This document shows positions 9,388 through 19,149 of a DNA stretch of 32,000 bases, one piece after another. The translations under genes were made by a program, and so were the position numbers. Below the pieces are notes generated by a model, which saw only the letters and a list, made by a program, of their open reading frames with translations, was not told where the DNA came from and made no database searches. Position 1 is the first letter of the stretch, and the number at the start of each line of letters is the position of its first letter. This DNA comes from Ignicoccus pacificus DSM 13166 (GTDB taxonomy: Archaea; Thermoproteota; Thermoprotei_A; Sulfolobales; Ignicoccaceae): contig CP006868.1 of assembly GCA_025340205.1 (NCBI GenBank), positions 1,350,001-1,382,000 of the forward strand, written 5' to 3'.

Positions 9388-12300
9388 TTACTTCACGATC
9401 TTAACTATCAGCCTCGCCTTCTCCACCTTCCACTCCTTACCCTCTATCGGTTCCTCGCTGAGCTTCAGCTCCCTCGCCCTTACCTCCTTGAGTATGTACT
9501 CCTTGTTGACTTCAATTGCCTTCTTGAGTTCTTCGGAATCGGTGTAGAGCACCACTTCCTTGAGGACGTAGTCTAGAGGTAGGTCCTCTTCCTTCCTCAT
9601 TACTTGTATCCTCCTCACGATCTCCCTTGCTAGTCCAAGCGTCTTGGTCCTCTCGTCCACTCTTACCTTAACGAACACCCAGAAGTCGGGTGCCTCCAGT
9701 ACGTCGTAGTCTCCTTGAGGCTTCTCGTCACTGAAGGTTATCTCAGCTATGTTGGCGTATATTCCGAGGACCTTTGCGGCCTTCCTTATCGCGACCTCGC
9801 TGAGCACCGGCACCTCTACCTCCACCTCCTCTACCTTGTTGCCTACCTTCACCATCCTCTTCTCCCTCTTCTCACCGACCTTCTTCGGCACCACTATTGC
9901 CTCCGGCAGAGGCCACCTCCTCTTCACTCCCCTCTCCGTCCTCAAGGTCAGTATCCTCTCGCCCACTTCGAAGAACTCCTCAACGGCTTCAGCAAACTCC
10001 TTGTTGAACAAGTTGTTCGGCTCGGGCCAGAGGAGCATGTGGACGCTCTCCTCCTCCCTTCCTAGGGGTCTGGCGAACTTCTGGTAGAGGTACTCGGTTA
10101 TGAAGGGGACGAAGGGTGCGCCCATTATCAGCGCCGCCTCTAGTAACAAGTAGAGGGTGCTGTAGGCAGCTAGCTTGCTCGGGCTGTCCTCCTCCTCCCA
10201 CACCCTGGGCCTTATTACAGCTATGTACTTGTGGCTTATTGTCTCTACAACGAACTCTCCCCACGCTTGGGCCGCTTGATGAATAGCAGATCTCTCCAAA
10301 GCCTCGGCTATCCTCTTGGAGTACTCGTTTATCTTGCTCAGCGCCCAGCTGTCCTCGGGCTCCAAGTACTTCAGTCCTTCCTCTAGCTTACTCAAGTTCC
10401 AATCGTCCAACTCCATGTAGCTCTTTGCGAACCTCACGGAGCTCCACAGTACGTCCAGCGTCCTCTTGAACCTCCTTATGTCATCCGGGTCGAACCTCAG
10501 GGAGTCCCACGGAGCGCTTCTGGCGGCGAAGAAGTACCTCACCGGATCCGCTCCGTACTTGTTGAAGGCGTCCTTTGCCCAGACCACGTTACCCTTGCTC
10601 TTGCTCATCTTCTTCCCTTCCTTATCCAGAATGTGGCCTTGGGTCAACACTTGCTTGTAGGGAGCCCTCTTGTGCCAAGTGACGCCGGTGGCTAACAGGG
10701 TGTAGAACCATCCCCTCGTCTGATCCAAGGCCTCCGTTATCCAGTCGTAGGGATAGAAGAGGTTCCAGTAGTCGTCCTTTCCTATCTGATGAAGGGAGGC
10801 GGTGTGGGCGACTCCGGAGTCCAGCCAGACGTCCACCACGTAGGGTTCCCTTCTCATTTCAGCTCCGCACTTGGGGCACTTGATGACCACTTCATCGACC
10901 CAAGGTCTGTGGTGATCCACCACCTTCTCGGGGTTGAGGGCCTTCTCCTTCAGCTCCTTCAAGCTCCCAACGGCTAGTCTATGACCACACTTGGGGCAAG
11001 TCCATATCGGTAGAGGGGTGCCCCAGAACCTTTCTCTGCTTATGGTCCAGTCCTTGGCGTTCTGAAGCCAGTCGTTCATCCTATCGTAGGCCCATTTGGG
11101 ATACCAAGTGACCTTGTTGTTCTCATTAGTTAATTGATCCCTTAGGTCCTCCACCTTGATGAACCACTGGTCGTCAGCGTAGTACATGAGAGGGGTTCCG
11201 CACCTCCAGCAGTGGGGATACTCGTGCTCTATGGTTCCTACATGGACCGCTAATCCCTTCTCCTTGAGGTCCTTTATCACTTGCTTCTCCGCATCCTTGA
11301 ACCACATTCCCTTGTACTTGCCGGCCTCTTCTGTGAAGTGCCCATCCTTCCTTATGGGCCTGAACATCTTCACTCCCGCGCTCTTAGCGGCCTCGAAGTC
11401 CTCCGCTCCGTGAGCGGGAGCCATGTGGACGATTCCAGTACCTGAATCCATGCTTACGAATATCTCCTTGATTATCTCCTCCTTGCCGTTAACTATCTTC
11501 TTCATCCTTACTACAGCGCCTTCTATTACTGTGTGGTTGGGCTTCTGGTGCTCTTTATGGGCCGGAACCTCATCCAACAGGGGATGGACGTACTCCTTAC
11601 CTATTAGCTCGCTTCCCTTGAACTCCTCAATTACCTCGTACTCCTTTAGACCCACTTCCTTCGCGAAGGGCTCTAACCTCTTCTTCGCAAGTATCCACTT
11701 CTCTTCCTTTCCATCGAAGTTAACCTTTATCTTTACATATGTCTCCTCTGGATGGACGGCAGCTGCCTCGTTAGCTATTATGGTCCACGGGGTGGTGGTC
11801 CAAGCGATTAGGTAGGTTCCCTCCTCGTCCTTGAGGGGGAGCTTGAAGTAGAAGCTCGGATCCTTAACGGTCTTGTATCCTTGAGCGACCTCGTGAGAGG
11901 AGAGGGCGGTCTCACATCTGGGGCAGACGGCTACAACTCTAAAGCCCTTGTATATCCTTCCGTCCTCGAACATCTTCTTCAAGTAGGTCCAAGCTGCGTC
12001 CAAGTACCTAGGATGCCTGGTTTCGTAGGCGTTGTCGTAATCTAGCCAAAGGCCCAACCTCTCGCTGTCAGCTCTCCAATGGGAGATGTAGAAGTCGACC
12101 AGCTCTTGACACTCCTTGACGAACTTGTCCACTCCGTAAGCCAATATGTCCTTCTTGCTCTTGAAACCATGCTTCTTCTCAACCTCGAGCTCAACTGGGA
12201 GTCCCTGGGTGTCCCAACCGGCTTGGTCCCAAACCCAGTAGCCCCTCAGCCTCCAGAACCTCAAGATGACGTCCTTGTAGGTCCTTCCCCTCATGTGGCC

Positions 12301-12465
12301 CACGTGCATGAAGCCGTTGGCGGTGGGAGGGCCTTCCAGGAAGCGGAAGGGCTTGACCTTGCCCCTCTTAAGGCCCAGTTCCCTTACCTTTTGATATATA
12401 TTGTTCTCCTTCCAGAACTTCATTACCTCTTCTTCGACCTTCTTGGGATCGTACCTCGCTTCCAC
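9388..12465 (-). CDS. ileS: Isoleucyl-tRNA synthetase
   Basis: Class I HIGH-type motif PTANGFMHVGHMRGRTYKD, GKKMSKSKGNVV motif, editing domain TTPWT, WCWRCGTPL zinc residues. Length 1025 aa. Confidence 0.97.
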   Translation of the reverse strand: MEARYDPKKVEEEVMKFWKENNIYQKVRELGLKRGKVKPFRFLEGPPTANGFMHVGHMRGRTYKDVILRFWRLRGYWVWDQAGWDTQGLPVELEVEKKHGFKSKKDILAYGVDKFVKECQELVDFYISHWRADSERLGLWLDYDNAYETRHPRYLDAAWTYLKKMFEDGRIYKGFRVVAVCPRCETALSSHEVAQGYKTVKDPSFYFKLPLKDEEGTYLIAWTTTPWTIIANEAAAVHPEETYVKIKVNFDGKEEKWILAKKRLEPFAKEVGLKEYEVIEEFKGSELIGKEYVHPLLDEVPAHKEHQKPNHTVIEGAVVRMKKIVNGKEEIIKEIFVSMDSGTGIVHMAPAHGAEDFEAAKSAGVKMFRPIRKDGHFTEEAGKYKGMWFKDAEKQVIKDLKEKGLAVHVGTIEHEYPHCWRCGTPLMYYADDQWFIKVEDLRDQLTNENNKVTWYPKWAYDRMNDWLQNAKDWTISRERFWGTPLPIWTCPKCGHRLAVGSLKELKEKALNPEKVVDHHRPWVDEVVIKCPKCGAEMRREPYVVDVWLDSGVAHTASLHQIGKDDYWNLFYPYDWITEALDQTRGWFYTLLATGVTWHKRAPYKQVLTQGHILDKEGKKMSKSKGNVVWAKDAFNKYGADPVRYFFAARSAPWDSLRFDPDDIRRFKRTLDVLWSSVRFAKSYMELDDWNLSKLEEGLKYLEPEDSWALSKINEYSKRIAEALERSAIHQAAQAWGEFVVETISHKYIAVIRPRVWEEEDSPSKLAAYSTLYLLLEAALIMGAPFVPFITEYLYQKFARPLGREEESVHMLLWPEPNNLFNKEFAEAVEEFFEVGERILTLRTERGVKRRWPLPEAIVVPKKVGEKREKRMVKVGNKVEEVEVEVPVLSEVAIRKAAKVLGIYANIAEITFSDEKPQGDYDVLEAPDFWVFVKVRVDERTKTLGLAREIVRRIQVMRKEEDLPLDYVLKEVVLYTDSEELKKAIEVNKEYILKEVRARELKLSEEPIEGKEWKVEKARLIVKIVK

Positions 12466-12581
12466 TTCTAGGACCCCACAGAGACCACTAAGGTGGTTTT
12501 TTCTTCACTCGCTATGAGCGCTGAAGTACCAAGAACGAGGAGGATTAGGGATCCGTAATTTTAAAGTAAATCAAAAAGGAG

Positions 12582-13463
12582 TTAACGAGTTACGTTAAAC
12601 GCTTCAACAGTTCCGTCTTGAAGTCCCACTACCAATCCCTTGCCCCAAGTTATTGCCGTTACCGGCTCGTCGAAGTACTTGGAGTAGAGTATCTGGCCGT
12701 TAATGTCATAGATGTGTACGTAATTCTTAGCCATGTTGATGACAGCTATGTAGTTACAATCGGGAGAGAACTTGACGTCCCCCACGAATCCCGGTATGTT
12801 GAAGTCCCATAAGTACTTGGGATCCGTCGGATCGGTTAAGTTGAAGAGATAGACGTCCTTCTGGCCTCCGACCACGAGCAAGTTTCCGCAGACGTCGCTG
12901 GTGTACACGGGCTCTCCGAAGAACACCTCGCCAACCTTCTTGCCGTCGGTTAAGTTTAGTATCAGCAGCTCCTTTCCGGCAACGTCGGGTACGTAGGCGT
13001 AGTCCTTGTAGTAGGAGGGCTCTCCCGCTATCTTCCCTAGATCGAAGCTCCAGATCAGCTTACCCTTCATGTTGAAGAACGCACAGCTGGAGGAGCAGGC
13101 AAGTATGCCCTTTGGAGTTAGTATGACAGCTTCGTTGTACTTGAAGCTTATTGGTATCTTCGTTATCAGCTTTCCGTTCTCCGTGGTTAGGTAAATGTTG
13201 TTATCGCTGCTGACGAACGCGTATTTTCCGCAGCAGTACGAGACGTCGTTCATGGAGGCCAGAGCCTTTATCTGAGAGAGGTACGTGCCGTTACAGCTCA
13301 CCACGTAGCCGCTTCCATCGGAGGTTCCTATGGCGACGGTCTTGCCGGAACAAGCGAGGCCTTCTACCGTGCTTCCCGCATTGAACGTCCATACATGAAC
13401 CATATCCAGAGCTAATACCATGCTCGCTAAGAACAAAATGCTGAGAAAGGTTCTAGCTCTCAA
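12582..13463 (-). CDS. Secreted beta-propeller (WD/PQQ-like) protein
   Basis: Signal peptide-like MRARTFLSILFLASMVLA followed by repeated blade-like segments (VKFSPDCNYIAVINMAKNYVHIYDINGQILY). Confidence 0.7.
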   Translation of the reverse strand: MRARTFLSILFLASMVLALDMVHVWTFNAGSTVEGLACSGKTVAIGTSDGSGYVVSCNGTYLSQIKALASMNDVSYCCGKYAFVSSDNNIYLTTENGKLITKIPISFKYNEAVILTPKGILACSSSCAFFNMKGKLIWSFDLGKIAGEPSYYKDYAYVPDVAGKELLILNLTDGKKVGEVFFGEPVYTSDVCGNLLVVGGQKDVYLFNLTDPTDPKYLWDFNIPGFVGDVKFSPDCNYIAVINMAKNYVHIYDINGQILYSKYFDEPVTAITWGKGLVVGLQDGTVEAFNVTR

Positions 13464-13559
13464 GCGAACACCAATGTACTTTGTCGGTTACCGGGATAAT
13501 AGTTTAGGCATAGGAGCATATCCTTGACGAAGTACATCTATTTCAGTTACGCTGCAACA

Positions 13560-14399
13560 CTACTTTAGAGGCAAGTAGAGCTCCCTCATCTCCCTGAACT
13601 TCATCTTGAGCCAGCTATCCTCCACGGGCTTCTCTTGATATAGTTCCTTCCTCCTCGCCTCCAAGAGCTTCTCCTCGACTCCCAGCAGGTCGTTGTAGGC
13701 CTTGCTCACCTCCAGCCTCTCCCTCCAGTCCAAGGACCTAGCGGAATGGTGGTCCACCACAACCTCTCCCTTGAAGGAGTGGATGAACTCCTTCTCCCTT
13801 CCTATTTCAAAGCCCCTCAAGTAGAGGGGAGGGCCGTCTAAGAGGAGGACTTTAGCGTCTCTCTCCAAGAGCCAGTCATGCTCCTTCAGAGGTCCTCCTT
13901 GGACGTCGGAGGAGTATAGGATGTCGTTGATCTGAACCGCTAGGACGTAGCCCAGCTTCTCGTCCTTTCCGTGAGGCAGAGGAGGGGAGAAGGTTATCTT
14001 ATAGTCTCCTAGCTCAAATTCCCTTGAATCAGCAATTTCTACCTTAACGTTTAAGTCTTTTATTTCTTTCAAGAACTTATAGGCCCTTATCTTCTGGGAG
14101 ACGTTTATGTTCTTTTTATAATCCTTTATTAACAAAGTCTTTCCATCTAAGATAGAGTTGTCGTAAAGCCATCCTGGATTGTAATGGTCTCTGTGATAGT
14201 GAGTTATTACGACTACTTCGGCCCTCTCCAAGGCTTTTACTATTCTTTTCACCGCATCGACCAAGGCCTCCCACTCGACGGGGTGGGGAGGGAGGCCGTA
14301 CCTTCGGGGTGCTAAGGAAGCTGAGGGATCTATTACGATACTCCCTATCCTCACGCTCATGCTCCTTACTCCGAGGGTCTCCGAGGCTAGGGGCTCCAC
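13560..14399 (-). CDS. Metallo-beta-lactamase-fold protein, UPF0282-like
   Basis: VVITHYHRDHYNPGW (HxHxDH), ILYSSDVQGGP, SLAPRRYGLPPHPVEW N-terminal signature. Confidence 0.85.
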   Translation of the reverse strand: MEPLASETLGVRSMSVRIGSIVIDPSASLAPRRYGLPPHPVEWEALVDAVKRIVKALERAEVVVITHYHRDHYNPGWLYDNSILDGKTLLIKDYKKNINVSQKIRAYKFLKEIKDLNVKVEIADSREFELGDYKITFSPPLPHGKDEKLGYVLAVQINDILYSSDVQGGPLKEHDWLLERDAKVLLLDGPPLYLRGFEIGREKEFIHSFKGEVVVDHHSARSLDWRERLEVSKAYNDLLGVEEKLLEARRKELYQEKPVEDSWLKMKFREMRELYLPLK

Positions 14400-15004
14400 T
14401 GCCTAATCAGCCTCCTCGAGAGGGAGTCGCTCAGCCTTATAGGCTCGGGAAGTCTGCTCTTCCACAAAGTCTTGACTATTTCCACCGCCGTCCTCAAGGA
14501 CACGCAATGGCCCACGCTCACGTAGATCCTCCTCTTCCCCCTTTCCAGTATCGCAGCTATAACCTTCCCATCCTTGAACAAGCACTTGCCGTACTCGCAG
14601 CTTCCCTCCTCTCCCACCAACCTTTTCTTGGCCACCCCTATGGTAGGTACCCCCGTCACCACCCCCACGTGAGATGCCACTCCCAGCCCTCTCGGATGAG
14701 CTATTCCGTGACCATCAACCAAGACTACCGAGGGCTTCTCCTCCTTCAACAGAGGTATGTACAAGGGGACTTCCCTGAAGGCCAAGAATCCGGGGACGTA
14801 GGGTATCGGGACCTTGGATATTGTATAGAGGAACTTAACCGGCTCGCCGTCCTTGAGGACGCTCAGCACGGCACACCCTATTCCCTTTTTATAGGAGACG
14901 TCAAGACCTCCTACGGTTTCGGCTTCCTCGAAGCAGTCCTCGGCCACGACCTTCTTGGCCAACTCCTCTTGAAGAGCCCTCGCCCTCCTCGCTCTGAACA
15001 ACAC
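14387..15004 (-). CDS. nfi: Endonuclease V (deoxyinosine 3' endonuclease)
   Basis: GGLDVSYKKG, YVPGFLAFREVP, LVDGHGIAHPRGLGVASHVGV, IGVAKKRLVG. Confidence 0.93.
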   Translation of the reverse strand: MLFRARRARALQEELAKKVVAEDCFEEAETVGGLDVSYKKGIGCAVLSVLKDGEPVKFLYTISKVPIPYVPGFLAFREVPLYIPLLKEEKPSVVLVDGHGIAHPRGLGVASHVGVVTGVPTIGVAKKRLVGEEGSCEYGKCLFKDGKVIAAILERGKRRIYVSVGHCVSLRTAVEIVKTLWKSRLPEPIRLSDSLSRRLIRQWSP

Positions 15005-15086
15005 TCATCATGGTTTGATTGAGAAATGCTGAAATTTAAGGCTATTTCCAATAAATAGAATTTATTAGCTTGTTCTCAACAATAGA

Positions 15087-15581
15087 TTGGGAGTATATGT
15101 GAGGGATAAGGTACTGTACTCGTTGATAGGAGTGATAATCACGCTATTGTTCATCGTCCACACCTCAACTCCGGCGTATCCGAAGGTGTTCCAAGTTAAG
15201 GGCCCGGTAGCAGAGATAAGGGTCGAAAATGGAAATGTTATAACGGTTACCGGAAAGCCTACATTGAGCAACTTAACTTGTAAGGACTTCAAGGCAATAG
15301 TTATTAATAACACTTTAAGGTTGAGCTTAACCAATAGAACTATAGAGGTCAAAGTGAGCGCCTATTCCTTCGATGATAACTGCACAAGGGTGGCAATAGC
15401 TAAGGGTAGCGAAGTAGAGGTATTGAGTACTCTGAGCGACGAGGTAATCGAGAAAATTAAGGTGAAGGGTGTGATTACCGCCGTCAAGATATACAAGGAC
15501 TACGTAATAATTGGGACGGAGAAAGGAAAGGTGTACATTTACAAGCTCAAGAGGAGACCGGTAAGCTTTACGATCTCTTAA
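15087..15581 (+). CDS. Membrane-anchored hypothetical protein with beta-propeller-like C-terminus
   Basis: N-terminal TM SLIGVIITLLFIVHT; beta-rich remainder ending VIIGTEKGKVYIYKL. Start codon uncertain. Confidence 0.5.
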   Translation: MGVYVRDKVLYSLIGVIITLLFIVHTSTPAYPKVFQVKGPVAEIRVENGNVITVTGKPTLSNLTCKDFKAIVINNTLRLSLTNRTIEVKVSAYSFDDNCTRVAIAKGSEVEVLSTLSDEVIEKIKVKGVITAVKIYKDYVIIGTEKGKVYIYKLKRRPVSFTIS

Positions 15582-17568
15582 GATAAAGGGAGCCGTCCTC
15601 CAGGGCCTTTGCCCTCCACTTTGGAGGTATCAGTATTGTCGTGTCGTAGTCCACTACCAAGGCTGGCCCTTCTACCTCTCCCTCGTAGAACCTCTTGTAG
15701 ACCTTGCCCTTAACCCATCCCTCTCCTAGGACCCACATCTCAGTCTCCCCGACCTCCTCAGGTCTTACCCTCTTCGGAACCAAGTTGATCGGCTTTATCT
15801 TGTGTATAGCTGTAACCCTTATCGTCTCCACCACTATCTCGTCCTCCAGCGTGAAGCCGTATCTCCTCTCGTGAAGCTCCTCAAAGGCCCTAGCTACCTT
15901 CGAGGGGTCGTAGGGCCTCGGCACCTCCACCTCAAGGGTCCACCCTTGACCTTGGTACCTAACCTCCGCTGTTCTCTTTATCAAATCAACCTCTAAGCCG
16001 GCCTCCGAGAGCCTCTCCCTCGCTTCAGCCTCGAGCTCTAAGTATAGAGGCTCTAGGTCCTCCTTCACGTTCTTCACCGCAGTCTTTGAGAGTATATACT
16101 TTGCGTCAGTGTTGAGCATTCCTAAAGCCGTGAACACGCCCGCTCCGGGAGGGATCAAGACCTCCTTCATCCCAAGGTAGGAGGCCAGCTCCGGACCGTG
16201 AAGGGGCCCCATTCCTCCGTAGGCCACCATGACCATGTCCGCCGGATCCAGCCCCCTCTCCACGGTGACTATCCTTATCGCCCTAGCCATCTCCTCCGTT
16301 ATCCCCTCTATTACTGCCTTAGCGACGTCCATAGCGTTTGAATTTAGCTTGTAAGCCAGTTTAGCGTAAGCAATCATAGCCAAGTCCTTCCTGAGCTTCA
16401 AGCCGGAAGGAAGCTCCTCTGGAAGCCTTCCTAAAATCAAGTCGGCGTCCGTTACCGTGGGCTCCTCCCCTCCTAAGCCGTAGCAAGCTGGTCCGGGACT
16501 AGCTCCGGCTGAAATGGGCCCTACTCTCAGCACGCCTTCCTCGGCCCAGGCTATCGTTCCTCCTCCGGCTGAGACCTCAGCCAAGTCTACGAAGGGATAC
16601 CTTATCGGGTAGCCGGAGCCCTTTACAAGCCTTCCGGCGTGAACCTCCCCTCCCACCTCGTACTCATAGGTAAGCATGGGTTCTCCCTTCATCGCCACCG
16701 CGGCCTTAGCTGTGGTCCCTCCCATGTCGAAGGCCAGTATCTCCTCCACTCCCAACCTCTCGGAGTACTTCGCAGCGCCGACCGCTCCTCCGGCAGGACC
16801 GCTCTCCACCAATTGACCGGGCCTCCTTATCGCCTCCTCCACGCTTATGAGGCCTCCAGAGGAGGAGACGATGAAAAGGGGAGCCTCTATTCCTAACTCC
16901 CTAAGCTCGTTCTCAAGTCTCATGATATAGCTAGCTACTAAGGGCTTGAGGGCTGCGTTAATTATTGTGGTACTGAACCTCTCGTACTCCCTCCTCTCCA
17001 TTACTGACTCGTAGGAGGTCACGACTACAAAGCCTGCTTTCTCCAATATCTCCTTCACCTTCTTCTCATTGGAAGGATTAGCGTAGCTGTGGAGGAAGCA
17101 TACGGCTACTACTCCCTCGAGCTGGGGGATTAGATCGAGGATCTCCTTTTCGTTTACCCCTTTCAAGACCTCTCCGGTGTGAGTAGTTCTCTCCTCCACG
17201 CCGAAGCGCAGCTCCGGGGGAACCAAGGGCTTGGGCTTTCTCCCAACGAAGTCATAGAGCTTGGGCCTCTTCTGCCTCTGAATTTCAATTACGTCCTCGA
17301 AGCCCTTGGTAGTTATTAGGCTCACCTTAGCAGGCTTGAGCTTCTTCTGTCCCAAGAACGCATTTGTAGCTATGGTAGTAGCATGGATGACCAAACCTAT
17401 TTCTTTGGGATCTATCCCCTCCTCTAAGAACTTCTTGATAGCGTTGATCACTCCCCTTTCGGGAGCGTCTGGGACTGAGAGTACCTTCACCCTCCTGAAC
17501 TCTCCCGAGGTGTGGACGGCAAAGAGGTCAGTAAAGGTACCCCCTACGTCTACCGCTACCCTCCACAA
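15568..17568 (-). CDS. hyuA: Hydantoinase A / 5-oxoprolinase family protein
   Basis: N-terminal VDVGGTFTDLFAV, IATNAFLGQKK, AFDMGGTTAKAA, MVAYGGMGPLHG. Confidence 0.93.
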   Translation of the reverse strand: MWRVAVDVGGTFTDLFAVHTSGEFRRVKVLSVPDAPERGVINAIKKFLEEGIDPKEIGLVIHATTIATNAFLGQKKLKPAKVSLITTKGFEDVIEIQRQKRPKLYDFVGRKPKPLVPPELRFGVEERTTHTGEVLKGVNEKEILDLIPQLEGVVAVCFLHSYANPSNEKKVKEILEKAGFVVVTSYESVMERREYERFSTTIINAALKPLVASYIMRLENELRELGIEAPLFIVSSSGGLISVEEAIRRPGQLVESGPAGGAVGAAKYSERLGVEEILAFDMGGTTAKAAVAMKGEPMLTYEYEVGGEVHAGRLVKGSGYPIRYPFVDLAEVSAGGGTIAWAEEGVLRVGPISAGASPGPACYGLGGEEPTVTDADLILGRLPEELPSGLKLRKDLAMIAYAKLAYKLNSNAMDVAKAVIEGITEEMARAIRIVTVERGLDPADMVMVAYGGMGPLHGPELASYLGMKEVLIPPGAGVFTALGMLNTDAKYILSKTAVKNVKEDLEPLYLELEAEARERLSEAGLEVDLIKRTAEVRYQGQGWTLEVEVPRPYDPSKVARAFEELHERRYGFTLEDEIVVETIRVTAIHKIKPINLVPKRVRPEEVGETEMWVLGEGWVKGKVYKRFYEGEVEGPALVVDYDTTILIPPKWRAKALEDGSLYLKRS

Positions 17569-17573
17569 AACTA

Positions 17574-18905
17574 CTACCTAGGAATGCTCTTAGAGAGGGC
17601 TTTTTCGGCTATACCGTTGTACTCGTAAATGATCTCAATCTCTCCCATGCTGTCCTTCAAGGAGAACACGTCCACCACCGCCCTCAGCAACTGGAGATCT
17701 CCTCTCTCAGCAGCTTCCTTCACCTTTAGTATAACATCCTTCAACGTCTTCTTAACTATCGCAGAGGCCATCTTCTCCAGTACGGGATGATACTCCTCGG
17801 GAACCTTCCTCTTCGCCCTGTTCACCTCCTGATCCTTAACTCTCTCCATCTTCTCCATGAGCTCCCTCATTATCTTATCGGCTAACATCCTCTGAGTGAG
17901 TCTCACGAACTTGTCTATCTCCTCCTCGATTATCTCCTCAGCGTGCTTCACCTTCTTCGCCCTCTCTTCTATTCCCTTGTTGGCAACCTCCGCCACCGCA
18001 ATGATATCCTTGTAGACTACTAGGGGGTGCTCGGCTACCTTGGGATCCACGCTGGGAGGCTCAGCTATATCTATGACTACAAGCTTCTTCTTCACGTCAT
18101 TGAAGTCCTCGTAGCTAAGTACCTTCGCTCCTCCGCCGACCGCTGAGATCACGGCGTCGACCTCATTCAAGTACTTCTTTATGTCCTCCAAGGGTATTGC
18201 CTTACCTCCAACCTCTTTTGCCAAACTCTCAGCTTTGCTTAAGGTTCTATTAGCTATTATCACGTAAGCTCCCTTCTTAGCGGAGTTCTTGGCTATTATC
18301 TGACCAGCCATTCCAGCTCCAATTACCAAGATCTTCTTTCCCCTCAGTCCTTCGAGGAGCTCCTCGGCGAGGGTCACGGAAGCTGAGGGTATTCCGGTGG
18401 TGCCCTTACTTATTTGAGTTACCGTTCTGACCCTCTTGCCCACCTTTATTGCTGCCTCGAAGAGGCTCCTCATGGGCTTGCTCACGTAACCGTTCTTTAC
18501 AGCATACTCGAGGGCGTCCCTAACTTGTCTCATTATGTCCTGCTCTCCCAAAACCATGGACTCGAGGCCGGAGGCAACTCTGAACAAGTGCCTTAAGGCA
18601 TCCACGTTCATCCTGACGTTGAACTTCTCATCGGGAATGGGGACTCCAGCCCTCGCCTCAATTATGCTCTTGAGGGATTCTATGGTAGCTTTCTTGTTAG
18701 TCGTAATAGCGTAAACCTCGAAGCGGTTACAAGTTTGGAGAACCACAACCTCCCTTATGGCAGGAACTCTCATTATAGCGGAGTAAGCGGCTTCGAGGGA
18801 AGGGAAGTTGGTCTTCTCAACCAACTCCTTCCCGGCCCTCTTGTAGTCGACACCGACCATAATTAGGTCATCAACGAACATGGGGGTCCGGTAGGAGGCC
18901 GGCAC
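17574..18905 (-). CDS. hemA: Glutamyl-tRNA reductase
   Basis: LQTCNRFEVY, FRVASGLESMVLGEQDI, VLVIGAGMAG-type Rossmann motif (KILVIGAGMAGQI). Confidence 0.96.
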   Translation of the reverse strand: MPASYRTPMFVDDLIMVGVDYKRAGKELVEKTNFPSLEAAYSAIMRVPAIREVVVLQTCNRFEVYAITTNKKATIESLKSIIEARAGVPIPDEKFNVRMNVDALRHLFRVASGLESMVLGEQDIMRQVRDALEYAVKNGYVSKPMRSLFEAAIKVGKRVRTVTQISKGTTGIPSASVTLAEELLEGLRGKKILVIGAGMAGQIIAKNSAKKGAYVIIANRTLSKAESLAKEVGGKAIPLEDIKKYLNEVDAVISAVGGGAKVLSYEDFNDVKKKLVVIDIAEPPSVDPKVAEHPLVVYKDIIAVAEVANKGIEERAKKVKHAEEIIEEEIDKFVRLTQRMLADKIMRELMEKMERVKDQEVNRAKRKVPEEYHPVLEKMASAIVKKTLKDVILKVKEAAERGDLQLLRAVVDVFSLKDSMGEIEIIYEYNGIAEKALSKSIPR

Positions 18906-18991
18906 AGCTTAACCCTCCTTGCACTTTCATGAATCCTTCACAAGACCAAATTATATAGTTTTGAAACCCACTCCGAACCGGGGAGGTAGGC

Positions 18992-19102
18992 ATGGACTTC
19001 TGGCAGTGGCTCCAAGCTCACCCCTTGCTCTTCTGGCTACTCGTCCTGACCATACTGGCTCACGTGGTGCTGACCGCTGCTCTAGTCATGGGAATCACGT
19101 GA
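18992..19102 (+). CDS. Short ORF encoding a 36-aa single-TM peptide (not in the supplied ORF track)
   Basis: ATG...TGA encoding MDFWQWLQAHPLLFWLLVLTILAHVVLTAALVMGIT; GGAGGT at 18982..18987 and TATA-like ttatata at 18951..18957. Confidence 0.5.
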   Translation: MDFWQWLQAHPLLFWLLVLTILAHVVLTAALVMGIT

Positions 19103-19149
19103 TTTTTGCGGGGATGAAGATCGAATCCCGGAGAGAGCGGTGATCGCCT

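Noticed and set aside
9715-12471. Multiple + strand and - strand ORFs inside ileS (116, 112, 91, 64, 62, 76, 130, 130 aa)
   Set aside because: Alternative-frame shadows of a clear 1025-aa ileS; low-complexity translations with no motifs.
14309-15022. 237-aa + strand ORF antisense to endonuclease V
   Set aside because: The opposite strand has unambiguous endonuclease V motifs; the translation is Ser/Pro/Arg/His-rich, typical of a GC-rich antisense frame.
19108-19135. GCGGGGATGAAGATCGAATCCCGG, superficially like a tRNA T-arm
   Set aside because: The loop is too long and there is no matching D-arm, anticodon arm or acceptor stem; not a tRNA.
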